A stretch of 49,847 nt of DNA from Escherichia phage vB_EcoS_W011D: sequence record NC_054893.1, one strand, 5' to 3'. How positions within the stretch are numbered: position 1 is the first letter of the stretch; every line of letters starts with the position of its first letter. The position numbers and the translations under genes are program-made. The notes beneath the pieces were generated by a model. That model had not been told where the DNA came from. It did not search any database and saw only the letters and a list, made by a program, of their open reading frames with translations. Of this stretch, positions 24,960 to 34,234 are shown in pieces.

Positions 24960-26081
24960 TTATTTGATCTCCATCATTTCAGGGTAGAACATGAAGCGAC
25001 CAATCTCGCCATATTCCTTATCGTAAACAATCACCGCCGCACGACGACGAGAGCGCCAACCACCGCGCGCCGCGTAAGCGTCTTTTGCTGCCATAGTGGA
25101 ATGTACTTCCACAATCCCCAGGCTCGTTTCTGTTACGGTCTGGTGATGCCAATGGCCTACATGCGCATACATGCTCTTTGAGTTTCCGAAATCCTCCCGC
25201 CAATCTGCCGCGCACATCATCAACAGCGTTTCAGGCTTGCGGATCGTATGTCCATGATGGTAAGCCAGGAACGTTTTACCATATTGCGTGTGATGCACAA
25301 CGCGCGGAGACACATCAACGTTTACGCGAGGCTCGTTTTCGTATGCCGCCGCCATTGCAGCACGTAGCCAGATCATTCCTGATTGGTCGTGATTACCTTC
25401 AATGATTTGCACCTCAACCTCTTTATGCTTTGTCAGCATGAGGCTAATTGCGCGGCGCGTGGCTCGGATTGCAACGTAAACTAATTTTGCGTAACGGCTA
25501 TCTTGATCCAGAACGTGACCGCTTGCAGGTGTTACAGCCTCCAGGCCGTCACTGTGAAGCATATCGCCACCAATCAGGAGCACCGCCTTTTCACTGTTTG
25601 GCGATTTACTAACTGCATAATCGAAAAAGTTATTCATAACCCTTTCCGCCGTTGCGGTGTCGTAGTTCTCGCCGCACTCATGCTTGTGAGCCATTGCCCC
25701 CAGGTGCATATCAAAGATCGGATATAAAGCCAGGCTTTCAGAATAATCAGCGCGTGATTCCGGCTGAGGCTCCAAGCGTGGCACTTCCTCTGCGAAAGCA
25801 TCCATAGCGGCTTGCATGAGAGCCTCTAATTGCTCTTTGTCTTTATTGGTGATAGTCCATCTCATGACTTCCTCACCATTTGCGCGAGTTAAAACAGACT
25901 CGCGCACAACTGCATAACCTGGAGCGCCTTTAATTTCAGTCTCACCAGAACGCGCAAGGCGTGACGCTCGACGCTCGACACTGCGAACATTAAGGCCGAA
26001 CTCCTCTGCGATCTGCTTGTAGGTTTTCCCCTCTTTGCGTGCTTTAATAAACTGCTCGTCGGTGATTTTTCGTACAGCCAT
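24960..26081 (-). CDS. Calcineurin-like metallophosphoesterase with N-terminal helix-turn-helix domain
   Basis: 373 aa; N-terminal HTH-like KTYKQIAEEFGLNVRSVERR; phosphoesterase motifs FDMH, GGDMLHSD and GNHD in order; AAGAGGAA RBS. Confidence 0.6.
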   Translation of the reverse strand: MAVRKITDEQFIKARKEGKTYKQIAEEFGLNVRSVERRASRLARSGETEIKGAPGYAVVRESVLTRANGEEVMRWTITNKDKEQLEALMQAAMDAFAEEVPRLEPQPESRADYSESLALYPIFDMHLGAMAHKHECGENYDTATAERVMNNFFDYAVSKSPNSEKAVLLIGGDMLHSDGLEAVTPASGHVLDQDSRYAKLVYVAIRATRRAISLMLTKHKEVEVQIIEGNHDQSGMIWLRAAMAAAYENEPRVNVDVSPRVVHHTQYGKTFLAYHHGHTIRKPETLLMMCAADWREDFGNSKSMYAHVGHWHHQTVTETSLGIVEVHSTMAAKDAYAARGGWRSRRRAAVIVYDKEYGEIGRFMFYPEMMEIK

Positions 26082-26178
26082 TTCAAAATTCCTCTTACAT
26101 CATTACCAAATAATACATTGCCAGCCATCCAGCAATCGGCGCAAATACTACAGCAAAATAACCACGCATACAATCAAC

Positions 26179-26427
26179 CTACCTTCTTTTTTGTGCTTTC
26201 TTTGCCGCGTCCTCTTTTGCCTTTTCCTCTCGGAAAAATTGCAGGGAAGGAATCGCCGGAACCCTGTGAACCTTTCGCGGCCTTTCGTCAATATATGACA
26301 GCTTTCCGTTGCCAATAATACTAACGTCTTTAATATCGAAATATTTAGCAATTAGTGCGATCCCTTCATCTAAACCGCACTCTTTTGCATGTTGCCAAAC
26401 TGCCTGGCGTCCGGTTTCAATCTTCAT
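26179..26427 (-). CDS. Hypothetical basic protein (82 aa)
   Basis: Track ORF 26179-26505 trimmed to MKIETGRQ start. Confidence 0.4.
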   Translation of the reverse strand: MKIETGRQAVWQHAKECGLDEGIALIAKYFDIKDVSIIGNGKLSYIDERPRKVHRVPAIPSLQFFREEKAKEDAAKKAQKRR

Positions 26428-26572
26428 AACCGTAAGCCTTTTTAAGTAATTCCATTGCATCATTCCAAAGGATTTGCGCAATAACTTTAGGGGTTTTGCG
26501 CTCAAGCATAAACAATGATTCCCTTGCTAACCATTGAGCATCTTTGAAATATTCAACATTAACAATTTTCAT
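26417..26572 (-). CDS. Small ORF, about 51 aa
   Basis: ATG preceded by the CGAAACGAAACGAGGA leader downstream of a box copy; overlaps the next gene start; manual translation. Confidence 0.4.
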   Translation of the reverse strand: MKIVNVEYFKDAQWLARESLFMLERKTPKVIAQILWNDAMELLKKAYGYED

Positions 26573-26628
26573 TTTGCAAATCCTCGTTTCGTTTCGTTGA
26601 AATGATTATGCCCCACTTTCGCGGGGCT

Positions 26629-26648
26629 GTTTTAACATTTCGTGCTAT
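26629..26648 (-). promoter_or_regulatory. Conserved 20-bp box copy (ATAGCACGAAATGTTAAAAC)
   Basis: Contains the TAG stop of 26645-26878; followed by hairpin CCCCGC/GTGGGG then ATAATC and the conserved leader. Confidence 0.6.
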
Positions 26649-26878
26649 TTGTGCATATCGATCATTTCTTGCAGGTCTTTTGCGATCTGTTCTTGCCACC
26701 TCTCAAGAGGTAACGACCTTGTTTCTTCAAAGCTCATATCGAGCGCGCTTGAATACTCCCACGGGTCGCAATCAATAATCTCCTTTGCGTGCGGGTTTTT
26801 ATCTAGCGCCTCGCATACCATTGCGCGGAATAACAACCACTCGCCAGTTTCATTAAGCAACAAGGCTCTTTCTTTCAT
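26645..26878 (-). CDS. Small acidic protein
   Basis: 77-aa track ORF; ATGA overlap with the upstream micro-ORF. Confidence 0.45.
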   Translation of the reverse strand: MKERALLLNETGEWLLFRAMVCEALDKNPHAKEIIDCDPWEYSSALDMSFEETRSLPLERWQEQIAKDLQEMIDMHK

Positions 26879-26988
26879 GATAACGCCTCAACGATTGAAT
26901 AAACAAATTTTACAAACATAGCCGAACAAAACACGCCAGCCGCCATCACTGCAACAGTAACAAATAAAACTTTTGCATTAAATTTCAT
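26875..26988 (-). CDS. Micro-ORF, 37-aa membrane peptide
   Basis: Track ORF 26875-27099 trimmed to internal Met (MKFNAKVLFVTVAVMAAGVF) with AAGGAG RBS; starts 1 nt after the Dam stop. Confidence 0.4.
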   Translation of the reverse strand: MKFNAKVLFVTVAVMAAGVFCSAMFVKFVYSIVEALS

Positions 26989-26989
26989 A

Positions 26990-27736
26990 TTAAAAACTCC
27001 TTGCCTTTGCTCTGCGATTCTTAACAGAAGGGCAAATTTCAGTAATTGTAACGTAGTGAGTTTGCTGTTGCTCACCCTCTTTAAGTTGGCGCATAACAAA
27101 AATCACACTTCCTTTGTTATTTCCTTGCACTGGTTCGCCAGTAAGACCAGAAATAAAGGCAAGGCGTCCAGTTCTTGAATATTCGCGCCCATCCTCTCCT
27201 TTCCAGGTGTCGCCAGTAATCCAGATAATTTCCGCCGCGTTTTTCTGTGCATCCTTAAACCATGCTGTTGAGTTATCAGCGGGTAATAAAATATCAATCT
27301 GGTTATCGTGCTCCATTTGCTCAATTGCTTTTAACACAAAAGGATCTGGATTGCTGTATGGTGGATTAAGCCAAACATGTTTTTTGGAACCCCACCAGCG
27401 CTTTAAACAGTTAGTTTCCTTACTGTAAAACTTATCGCAAACTTTATTATCATCACTTGCCGCCGCGTCAAGATCATATTTACCGTAACGCTCTTGCATA
27501 TATTCTACAACCTCGCGAGGAGTAGCCCACAAGTCGCGCACAACGTCCGGCGTATTACTTCCGGCGTAACGGTTGCCGCTAACTTTGAAATAAGTGTTTT
27601 CCCTCACTGGCTGATAATGACCACCAGAACGCAACGCAATATCTGAATATCTGCCGTGTTGTAATTCGTGAAAATCCATTTCGTCAACCTGCGCCACGCC
27701 GTCAATGGTTGCATTGTCTAAAATATCTTTTGCCAT
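26990..27736 (-). CDS. DNA N6-adenine methyltransferase (phage Dam-like)
   Basis: Track ORF trimmed to MAKDILDN start with GAGGACA RBS; motifs DLDAAAS and WLNPPYS (NPPY catalytic motif). Confidence 0.65.
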   Translation of the reverse strand: MAKDILDNATIDGVAQVDEMDFHELQHGRYSDIALRSGGHYQPVRENTYFKVSGNRYAGSNTPDVVRDLWATPREVVEYMQERYGKYDLDAAASDDNKVCDKFYSKETNCLKRWWGSKKHVWLNPPYSNPDPFVLKAIEQMEHDNQIDILLPADNSTAWFKDAQKNAAEIIWITGDTWKGEDGREYSRTGRLAFISGLTGEPVQGNNKGSVIFVMRQLKEGEQQQTHYVTITEICPSVKNRRAKARSF

Positions 27737-27791
27737 TTTAAATGTCCTCGCTTGTCTTGATGTGTGCATTATGGCGCATTCCGTTGCGCCT

Positions 27792-27811
27792 GTTTTAACA
27801 AAAAATGCTAT
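27792..27811 (-). promoter_or_regulatory. Conserved 20-bp box copy (ATAGCATTTTTTGTTAAAAC)
   Basis: Contains the TAG stop of the VRR-NUC gene; upstream of Dam. Confidence 0.55.
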
Positions 27812-28239
27812 TTATAGAAAAGATCCGCAATAGCCAGTTTGAATTGTTCGAACCCATAAGCCACAGCCGCAAATCCTCCGCGCTGGCGAACATCACGCAA
27901 AAAAGCCTTTTGTTCGTCGCTGACAGGTGATGCCTTTCCCTTTCCAGATTTGTTCACGCGCTTTAATTCAATAGCTGCAAACGGGTATGGCATATCGCTA
28001 TAAGACGGATCACCAATCAAGATAACGAAATCAGAAACACCCTTTCGCAATCCGGCTTGTTCATCCCTCAATGCGCTGGTAATCGTCTTTTGCCCCTCAT
28101 TTACCGTGTGCCAAAATAAAAGTTGCGGGTAATGGTGGCGCAACCACGCCACGCAATCAACCTGGTGCGAATCCTCTTTCCTGGTATCACTCGGATCGCG
28201 TTCGTAATACTCCAGGTAATCTCCCTTATCAGTAATCAT
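27808..28239 (-). CDS. VRR-NUC-type PD-(D/E)xK nuclease
   Basis: 143 aa with SDFVIL ... AAIELK arrangement typical of VRR-NUC; directly downstream of the helicase. Confidence 0.5.
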   Translation of the reverse strand: MITDKGDYLEYYERDPSDTRKEDSHQVDCVAWLRHHYPQLLFWHTVNEGQKTITSALRDEQAGLRKGVSDFVILIGDPSYSDMPYPFAAIELKRVNKSGKGKASPVSDEQKAFLRDVRQRGGFAAVAYGFEQFKLAIADLFYK

Positions 28240-28241
28240 AA

Positions 28242-30242
28242 TTAAAACTCCCGATGATAAATAATATCCTCGCCTTTCGCATTTTTGCGATGCGTAACCT
28301 TAACTGGCGGTAAAATATGATGTGCATAACTCATGATTTTACGCGCATTGCGATAGCTGGCAACCATTCCGGCAATTCTGCGATCTGGAATATGTTTAAG
28401 CGCCGTTTGTCGCCATTTCGTTTTGCAGATCTGGCTATCTGACTCAGGGAAAAACTTTTCGTAAGCCTTAAATGTTTCTCCGTGTGCCTCCAATTCATAG
28501 CAGAACACGATCCCTTTTTGGTTTTTCGTCATATCGACACGGAACGATTTCACATTGCACCAATCGTTTTTGGTGTAGTGCTTGCCGGATAACTTTTCGT
28601 TAGGGTCTATTAGTGACACATCACAATGACGGCAAATTCTCGCTACAACATCATTTTTTGTTCCGCAACCATGCACAATAACTTTTTTCGTGCGCGGGTC
28701 AATCTGATCTGTGCATTCTCTAAATTTCCAGAAGTGTTCACACCGATTACCATTTTCATCAACCTTTATGCAGCGGCGAGCGTAGAATGAATTTTCAGTG
28801 CCGCAAATCGGGCAATGTTTCGGATCTTTTCCGTTGTCGTGTCGGCGCTGAAACTGCGCTTGCTCCAGGATAGGATCAAAATAAAGTTGCCCTAATTCAT
28901 CCATGCATCCGGCAAAGTCTAAAACAAGATGATCGCTTTTCTTGAATCCCTGCTCAACATGCCATTTTTTAAGCAGTCGCATTCCGCGCCCTAAAAGCTG
29001 AATCAGCAACGTGAGCGATCCGATTTTTCGAAGAATAACGGATGTATCCCAAAACGGAACGTTAACGCCAGTTGTTAAGGCCATGACCTGGAAAATATAT
29101 TTCACTTTTCCCTCGTATGCCTCGCGTAACCATTCCTTACGCTGTTTTTCTCCTGTCTTGCCAGTGATAATGCGGTATGTTGTGCCAGGCGGTAAAGCCG
29201 CCGCCGCCTCTTTGCAATGTCGCTCACCAGCGCAAGTTACCAACACGCCGTTTCTGTCTTTGCAGATCTCATGCACGCGAGCCATAATTTTTTGTGTCAT
29301 GGTTGCGTCATTGTGGATCTTCTCCTCCATCTTGCGGAGTGTTTTCTGATCGAAGTCGGCAACGCCATCCTCGCTTGATGCCGTGAACTCTGAAAGGTCA
29401 TACCCCAGGCCATCAACATTGCCAAAATTCGTTGGCACAACAGAACCGAACTCGATCAAATAATTTGTGTCGATGTTCGTTACCTGCTCACGCCAGAAAC
29501 CTTTCTGCTTTTTATCCTCAACCAGAATTGGTACAACACCGCGAAATTCCGATCCAGTCATTCCAAAAATTCGCAACTCATGCCCGTAAGCCTCTTTACA
29601 ACGTCGCTGCATTTCACGAATGATTATTGTGTATTGGCTGCGTCCTGTTCCCTCCATTGGTTCACCGTCTTTTGTGAAAACTTGCGAGCCATCACCATTC
29701 AGGACGCGAACGCCTTTTTTAGTGGTCATTTGCTCGAATGTTTCCTCGCTTTCGATTGAATCCGCTAAATCTTCCCAATCGACCTGGTGACATTCGTCAA
29801 TACCGATAACATGCGGCACATAATCGCCAAGAGCCTTAAACAGACCATTTGCAACAGTTCCCTCGGAACCAACTACAATTGGAAAGTATGCGCTTTTGGT
29901 GTTGAGTCCTGCGCAATAGATAGAGTTTGGCACACCGAAGTTTGTGATCTCCTCTGAATCCTGATCCACAATTTCGGCCTGGCGAGCCAGCACCATCATT
30001 TTTAGCCCCATCTTTTTACACTGCGCGGCAACCATAGCAAAGATGATTGTTTTACCAGCGGAAACGGAAGCCTTTACGAAAAACGGATCGTTGTATTTAC
30101 TCAGGCGCTTTGCGATCTCAGCGTATGCAACGCACTGATAAGGATATGGCTTAATGTCGCCAACGGTAAAGCGATCCTGAATCGCCTTTATCACCGCATC
30201 GCCTAATGTAGATAATTGCTTTTTAATGTTTGGAATTGCCAT
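28242..30242 (-). CDS. SF2 (DEAD/DEAH-type) DNA helicase with C-terminal zinc-finger region
   Basis: 666 aa; Walker A SVSAGKT, DExH box IGIDECHQV, and C-terminal CPICG/CRHC cysteine pairs. Confidence 0.75.
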   Translation of the reverse strand: MAIPNIKKQLSTLGDAVIKAIQDRFTVGDIKPYPYQCVAYAEIAKRLSKYNDPFFVKASVSAGKTIIFAMVAAQCKKMGLKMMVLARQAEIVDQDSEEITNFGVPNSIYCAGLNTKSAYFPIVVGSEGTVANGLFKALGDYVPHVIGIDECHQVDWEDLADSIESEETFEQMTTKKGVRVLNGDGSQVFTKDGEPMEGTGRSQYTIIIREMQRRCKEAYGHELRIFGMTGSEFRGVVPILVEDKKQKGFWREQVTNIDTNYLIEFGSVVPTNFGNVDGLGYDLSEFTASSEDGVADFDQKTLRKMEEKIHNDATMTQKIMARVHEICKDRNGVLVTCAGERHCKEAAAALPPGTTYRIITGKTGEKQRKEWLREAYEGKVKYIFQVMALTTGVNVPFWDTSVILRKIGSLTLLIQLLGRGMRLLKKWHVEQGFKKSDHLVLDFAGCMDELGQLYFDPILEQAQFQRRHDNGKDPKHCPICGTENSFYARRCIKVDENGNRCEHFWKFRECTDQIDPRTKKVIVHGCGTKNDVVARICRHCDVSLIDPNEKLSGKHYTKNDWCNVKSFRVDMTKNQKGIVFCYELEAHGETFKAYEKFFPESDSQICKTKWRQTALKHIPDRRIAGMVASYRNARKIMSYAHHILPPVKVTHRKNAKGEDIIYHREF

Positions 30243-30297
30243 TTTAAACCTTTAACGTTGGTTCGTTTGACGCTATACTACACGCCTAAACATATGG

Positions 30298-30318
30298 GTT
30301 TTTAACAAAAAGTGCTAT
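30298..30318 (-). promoter_or_regulatory. Conserved box copy (ATAGCACTTTTTGTTAAAAAC) in the divergent helicase / regulator intergenic region
   Basis: Only copy that does not follow an upstream gene; followed by TAGTATAGC about 14 nt later, upstream of the helicase start. Confidence 0.55.
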
Positions 30319-30331
30319 TGAGGAATTTACT

Positions 30332-30775
30332 ATGAATCGAATCGCTGTTTCAACTGGTGAAGTGGATAAACGCACAATCAATGGTAATAACGGGACACGT
30401 CGCGGAAAAGACAAAAAGCCGCGCAAGCGCAAAACAGGTTACTACGTGCTGAAAGATGAAGTAAAGGCCGGATTGCGTGCGCGCCTTGATATCTTACTGG
30501 AGTATTACGGAACGCAAGCCGAAATGTCGCGCCGTTTGAAGGTGTCGTGTCAGACCATTAACCAATGGAAGAAACGAGGCATGATTTCCGCCAGCGGAGC
30601 GCACAAGGTTCATCAGGACTATAAGCGCCAGGGGTGCAAGGGCTATCGCGCTTCATTCTGCCGCCCCGATCTGAAATTCGATTCAAACGGCAAGCCGTTA
30701 ACACTCAAGTGTGAAAAGCGCGAAATGCTCCGCGTTGTTCGCGCCTCAGATTTCGAAAACAGCACAAATAGCTAA
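30332..30775 (+). CDS. Helix-turn-helix DNA-binding regulator candidate
   Basis: 147 aa; basic N-terminus; HTH-like AEMSRRLKVSCQTINQWKKRGMIS; first gene of the rightward primase operon. Confidence 0.45.
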   Translation: MNRIAVSTGEVDKRTINGNNGTRRGKDKKPRKRKTGYYVLKDEVKAGLRARLDILLEYYGTQAEMSRRLKVSCQTINQWKKRGMISASGAHKVHQDYKRQGCKGYRASFCRPDLKFDSNGKPLTLKCEKREMLRVVRASDFENSTNS

Positions 30776-30782
30776 AACACTG

Positions 30783-30818
30783 ATCGCGTATCTGGTATCA
30801 TCCGGCTACGCGATTTTT
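30783..30818 (+). terminator. Hairpin ATCGCGTA/TACGCGAT plus T-run between the regulator and primase genes (attenuator candidate)
   Basis: Inverted repeat followed by TTTTTTATT on the plus strand. Confidence 0.4.
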
Positions 30819-30831
30819 TATTGGTGATGTT

Positions 30832-31779
30832 ATGAGCGAAATGCACGAAAACATGATGTTTCAGAAAGAGGATGTTTTACCTTACATGAAAGGAATGTGG
30901 CGTGATGCGCTACAAAGCATTTGCGGACTACATTCTGACGTGTTCAATAAAAAACATCAGCCTTGCCCTAACTGCGGCGGCAAAGACCGTTTTAGATGGA
31001 CTGATAAACTTGATAGTGATGGCGACGGCGGCGCGATCTGCAACGGATGCGGTAATGATTCCGGCGTTGGCTGGATGATGAAACTTACTGGCGAGCCTTA
31101 CAGTGAAGTGATTAACATCCTGGGGCGCTTTCTTGGTAAGGTTCCGCAAGAGTACCGGATAAAGGCAAATAAACGCGCATCGCGTGCATCAGGTTACAGT
31201 TTCGGATCTCAGGCTCCGCACGAGAATTGCGTTGCTGTAATGGAGCGAACCGAACTGCGCCACAAAACGCCGTTAAGCGTTTTTGAGGGTATAGCGCCGC
31301 CAGATGATGAAATGTATTCCGTAGGTGTGAAAACTCTGGAGGATGGCGAAGAATCGTTAATTCACGCCATACCGTGTTACCTGGTGCATGATGATGAATT
31401 GGATGATGAAATGTGCAACATTCTTTTCATTGACGACAACGGAAATCAAAGTTTTTACGCAAAGGATTACACGCGCGGCTCGGTTGCGGTGACGGGTAAA
31501 ACTGACAAGACGATCTATCTTTGCGTTGATTGGGTTGATGCTCAACACATCCACTTATCGACGGGGCAAGAGGTTTGGGCGTGCTTCTCACAATACAATC
31601 TTGAAATGGTTGCATATCGCTATAAAGGAGATCGCAAAATGCGTGTCGTGTGCAAGCCTACCGATCAGGATGTGATAATCTCAGCGGAGGAAAGGGGACT
31701 TGACGTGATGATCCCGATTAACGATAATTTCAAACAAGGGATAGAGCGGAAGTTATACAAACCCGAATCTTTCCTTTAG
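30832..31779 (+). CDS. DNA primase candidate with N-terminal zinc-binding motif
   Basis: 315 aa; CPNCGGKDRFRW ... ICNGCGN zinc-ribbon arrangement near the N-terminus; adjacent to the helicase region. Confidence 0.5.
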   Translation: MSEMHENMMFQKEDVLPYMKGMWRDALQSICGLHSDVFNKKHQPCPNCGGKDRFRWTDKLDSDGDGGAICNGCGNDSGVGWMMKLTGEPYSEVINILGRFLGKVPQEYRIKANKRASRASGYSFGSQAPHENCVAVMERTELRHKTPLSVFEGIAPPDDEMYSVGVKTLEDGEESLIHAIPCYLVHDDELDDEMCNILFIDDNGNQSFYAKDYTRGSVAVTGKTDKTIYLCVDWVDAQHIHLSTGQEVWACFSQYNLEMVAYRYKGDRKMRVVCKPTDQDVIISAEERGLDVMIPINDNFKQGIERKLYKPESFL

Positions 31780-31792
31780 TTGCCACTGTTTA

Positions 31793-31816
31793 CCCCGCTA
31801 CGGCGGGGTTTTTTTA
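31793..31816 (+). terminator. Rho-independent terminator after primase
   Basis: CCCCGCTACGGCGGGG followed by TTTTTTTAT. Confidence 0.65.
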
Positions 31817-31865
31817 TGCATTAACAAATGCTATTATCAGGCTTTAACCAACAGGAGAAACAAAG

Positions 31866-33941
31866 ATGGCTATTTATCGCACTGGACAAGCGTCTATGGA
31901 CGCTCAAGGATACATCACCGGATATGATACAAAATGGCGTGAGCAACTTTCATTAATCCGCCCTGGTGCAACAATCTTTTTTATTGATGCTCCTTTTCAA
32001 GCGGCTGTGATTAGTGAGGTTATCAGCGATACACAAATCCGCGCCATCACAACTGGCGGCGCTGAAATTGGGCGAAGCAATTACATCATTTTGCTGCATG
32101 ACTCAATCACGGTTGACGGCCTGGCGCAAGATGTTGCGGAAACTCTGCGCTACTATCAAAGCAAAGAAACTCAGATCGAGGAAGCTATTGAATTTTTCAA
32201 AAACCTTGACCTGAAAACTTTGCAGGATTTGGTTAATCAGATTAAAGGTGATGCAGAAAAAACAGCCGCTGATCGCGCTGCAACTGAACAACTGAAAAAC
32301 GACACTCAACAGATAAAGGATTCTGCTGTCGCTGAAACAAACCAGATCAAGTCCGACACTGACGCAATCAAAAGCCAAACTCAACAGATCAAGGATTCCG
32401 CTGTAAATGAAACGGAAGCCATTAAGCAAGGGGCTTTTGGCGCTCGCGATCAGGCTGAATTGGCGCGTGATGCGGCTGGAAATCATGCCGTTGATGCTAA
32501 TAATGCAAAGGCTGGCGCTGAGACTGCGCGTGATGAAGCGCGTCAATGGGCGCAACAGGTACAGCCTGAAAATCTGTTACATAAAGATCAGAACCTTAAT
32601 GATCTTGCAAACAAAGACCTTGCAAGGGAGGCGTTGAAAGTTGAGGCGGTTAATTCTGTAAAAGGTCAGGCTGCTGGAGATTATAACTCTTTCCGCAACC
32701 CTGCATGGACTTATGAATTGCGGATCGCTAACAATGGCGAATGGCGCGTTGCAAGAAATAGCGATGGATCAACGTCTGCTCTTTCTGTTGGCGCTGGCGG
32801 TACTGGTGCGGAAAACGTAGAAGGCGCAAGGATAAACTTTAGGCTTCAAGGATTTGACACATTGTCAAGTGAGTCAAGGGTATTAAATCCTCAAAATGTA
32901 AGCCAATACATATTTATGAATTCGATTGGTGGTTGGGGTGCTTACGACTCTGAAAATGTAAGAGCAATTCCGCTATCGCTTGGCAATGGTGGAACTGGAG
33001 GTACAGATCAGAATAGCGCTCGCCATAACTTAGGATTATCCATTAATCACTCCCCTGTTTTTGCTGGTATTGATTTGCAAGGTCTTAACGGCACAACGTC
33101 AGGGATCATGGTTTTAAGAAATAGAGATGCTGGAGGCGCTCAAGTTTCATACTCAAGAATTTACCATGAAATTCAGGCTGGAGTTGCCAGAACAACAATA
33201 CAAACAACAAGAGAGGGTGGTGGTACTAACTATTTTCAGATTGATGAAACTGGACTTGTTAATAATGTTAGGGCGATAAGATGTTCTCCGTCAAATGTTG
33301 GTGGCGAGGGATTTACCGTTGGCGTTGTTCCTGGTGGAGGATTTGCAGCCTGGAGAGATCGACCTGCTGGAATGATTGTTGAGCACCCAAGCGATGATGT
33401 TGCGGTTAACGTATTGAAATCTGTCCGTTGGGGCGGAGATTGGGTTATGGGGATTGACGCTGCAAGGTATGGCGCTGGAGGTTGCGAGGTTCATCTAAAT
33501 GTAAGAGGTACTACATATACATTTAATGATGCTGGTTATGCGTCTGCTGTTCAGTGGGTTAACACATCCGATATTCGCCTGAAAGCAAATCTAAAAGAGA
33601 TTGAAAGCGCTAAAGAAAAAGTGAAATCAATAAAAGGTTACACTTATTTCAAGAGGAATAATCTTGATGAAGATGAGCACTCTTTCTACTCTGAGGAAGC
33701 TGGTGTAATAGCTCAAGACGTGCAAAGTGTTTTGCCGGAAGCGGTTTACAAGATTTCAGATTCTGAATATTTAGGTGTTAGCTATGGCGGGGTTACTGCT
33801 CTTTTAGTTAACGCATTCAACGAAATGAGCGATCAGATTGACAAGCAACAAGAGGAGATCGAAACACTGAAATCTGAAATTGCAGATCTTAAAGCGGCGT
33901 TTGAGGCGTTACTCAACAAGCCAACAACGCTGGAAAGTTAA
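31866..33941 (+). CDS. Side tail fibre / receptor-binding protein with C-terminal intramolecular chaperone (peptidase S74-type) domain
   Basis: 691 aa; repeat-rich coiled-coil shaft; C-terminal SDIRLKANLKEI (Ser-Lys dyad motif) followed by a heptad-like coiled coil; AT-rich distal half with AGA/AGG codons. Confidence 0.75.
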   Translation: MAIYRTGQASMDAQGYITGYDTKWREQLSLIRPGATIFFIDAPFQAAVISEVISDTQIRAITTGGAEIGRSNYIILLHDSITVDGLAQDVAETLRYYQSKETQIEEAIEFFKNLDLKTLQDLVNQIKGDAEKTAADRAATEQLKNDTQQIKDSAVAETNQIKSDTDAIKSQTQQIKDSAVNETEAIKQGAFGARDQAELARDAAGNHAVDANNAKAGAETARDEARQWAQQVQPENLLHKDQNLNDLANKDLAREALKVEAVNSVKGQAAGDYNSFRNPAWTYELRIANNGEWRVARNSDGSTSALSVGAGGTGAENVEGARINFRLQGFDTLSSESRVLNPQNVSQYIFMNSIGGWGAYDSENVRAIPLSLGNGGTGGTDQNSARHNLGLSINHSPVFAGIDLQGLNGTTSGIMVLRNRDAGGAQVSYSRIYHEIQAGVARTTIQTTREGGGTNYFQIDETGLVNNVRAIRCSPSNVGGEGFTVGVVPGGGFAAWRDRPAGMIVEHPSDDVAVNVLKSVRWGGDWVMGIDAARYGAGGCEVHLNVRGTTYTFNDAGYASAVQWVNTSDIRLKANLKEIESAKEKVKSIKGYTYFKRNNLDEDEHSFYSEEAGVIAQDVQSVLPEAVYKISDSEYLGVSYGGVTALLVNAFNEMSDQIDKQQEEIETLKSEIADLKAAFEALLNKPTTLES

Positions 33942-33959
33942 CAAAAAAATAATAACAAG

Positions 33960-33985
33960 GCGCGGCTCCGGCTGCGCTTTTTTTC
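33960..33985 (+). terminator. Rho-independent terminator after the tail fibre gene
   Basis: GC-rich imperfect hairpin GCGCGGC/GCTGCGC followed by T7. Confidence 0.55.
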
Positions 33986-34106
33986 GTCTTTATGCCAGTT
34001 GCTTACATTCAACTTACAAATGATTTATATCTTATTTTCAAAATCAGCGTAGAGTTAGCCGTGTGGCAAGTGGATACAAAATAAACTAACTTAATGAGGT
34101 GTTACT

Positions 34107-34205
34107 ATGTCTGATATAACTCTGTTACCAACTGGCGGAGATTTTGGTGGTGAAGCTGGGCGGCTGGCCTTGGCGGTGCTGGGAATGGCAGAAAGCGAAA
34201 AATAA
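34107..34205 (+). CDS. Candidate micro-ORF, 32 aa (MSDITLLPTGGDFGGEAGRLALAVLGMAESEK)
   Basis: ATG with GAGGTG RBS; ends at a terminator hairpin; in the 290-bp gap between the fibre gene and SSB. Confidence 0.25.
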   Translation: MSDITLLPTGGDFGGEAGRLALAVLGMAESEK

Positions 34206-34209
34206 AAAA

Positions 34210-34225
34210 GGAGCCGAAAGGCTCC
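34210..34225. terminator. Terminator GGAGCCGAAAGGCTCC (same hairpin as 37226-37241)
   Basis: Perfect stem with GAAA tetraloop; T-run on the minus strand after the SSB gene, weaker T-tract on the plus strand. Confidence 0.65.
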
Positions 34226-34234
34226 TTTAGTCGT

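Noticed and set aside
26340-26360. Partial box-like sequence GCACTAATTGCTAAAT inside coding sequence of 26179-26427
   Set aside because: Lacks the ATAGCAC end, lies within an ORF and has no downstream -10 or leader; probably chance similarity.
31822-31838. Degenerate reverse-orientation box-like sequence between primase terminator and fibre gene
   Set aside because: Only partial match (ATAGCATTTGTTAATGC) and opposite to gene direction; the adjacent TGCTATTAT is a simpler extended -10 for the fibre gene.
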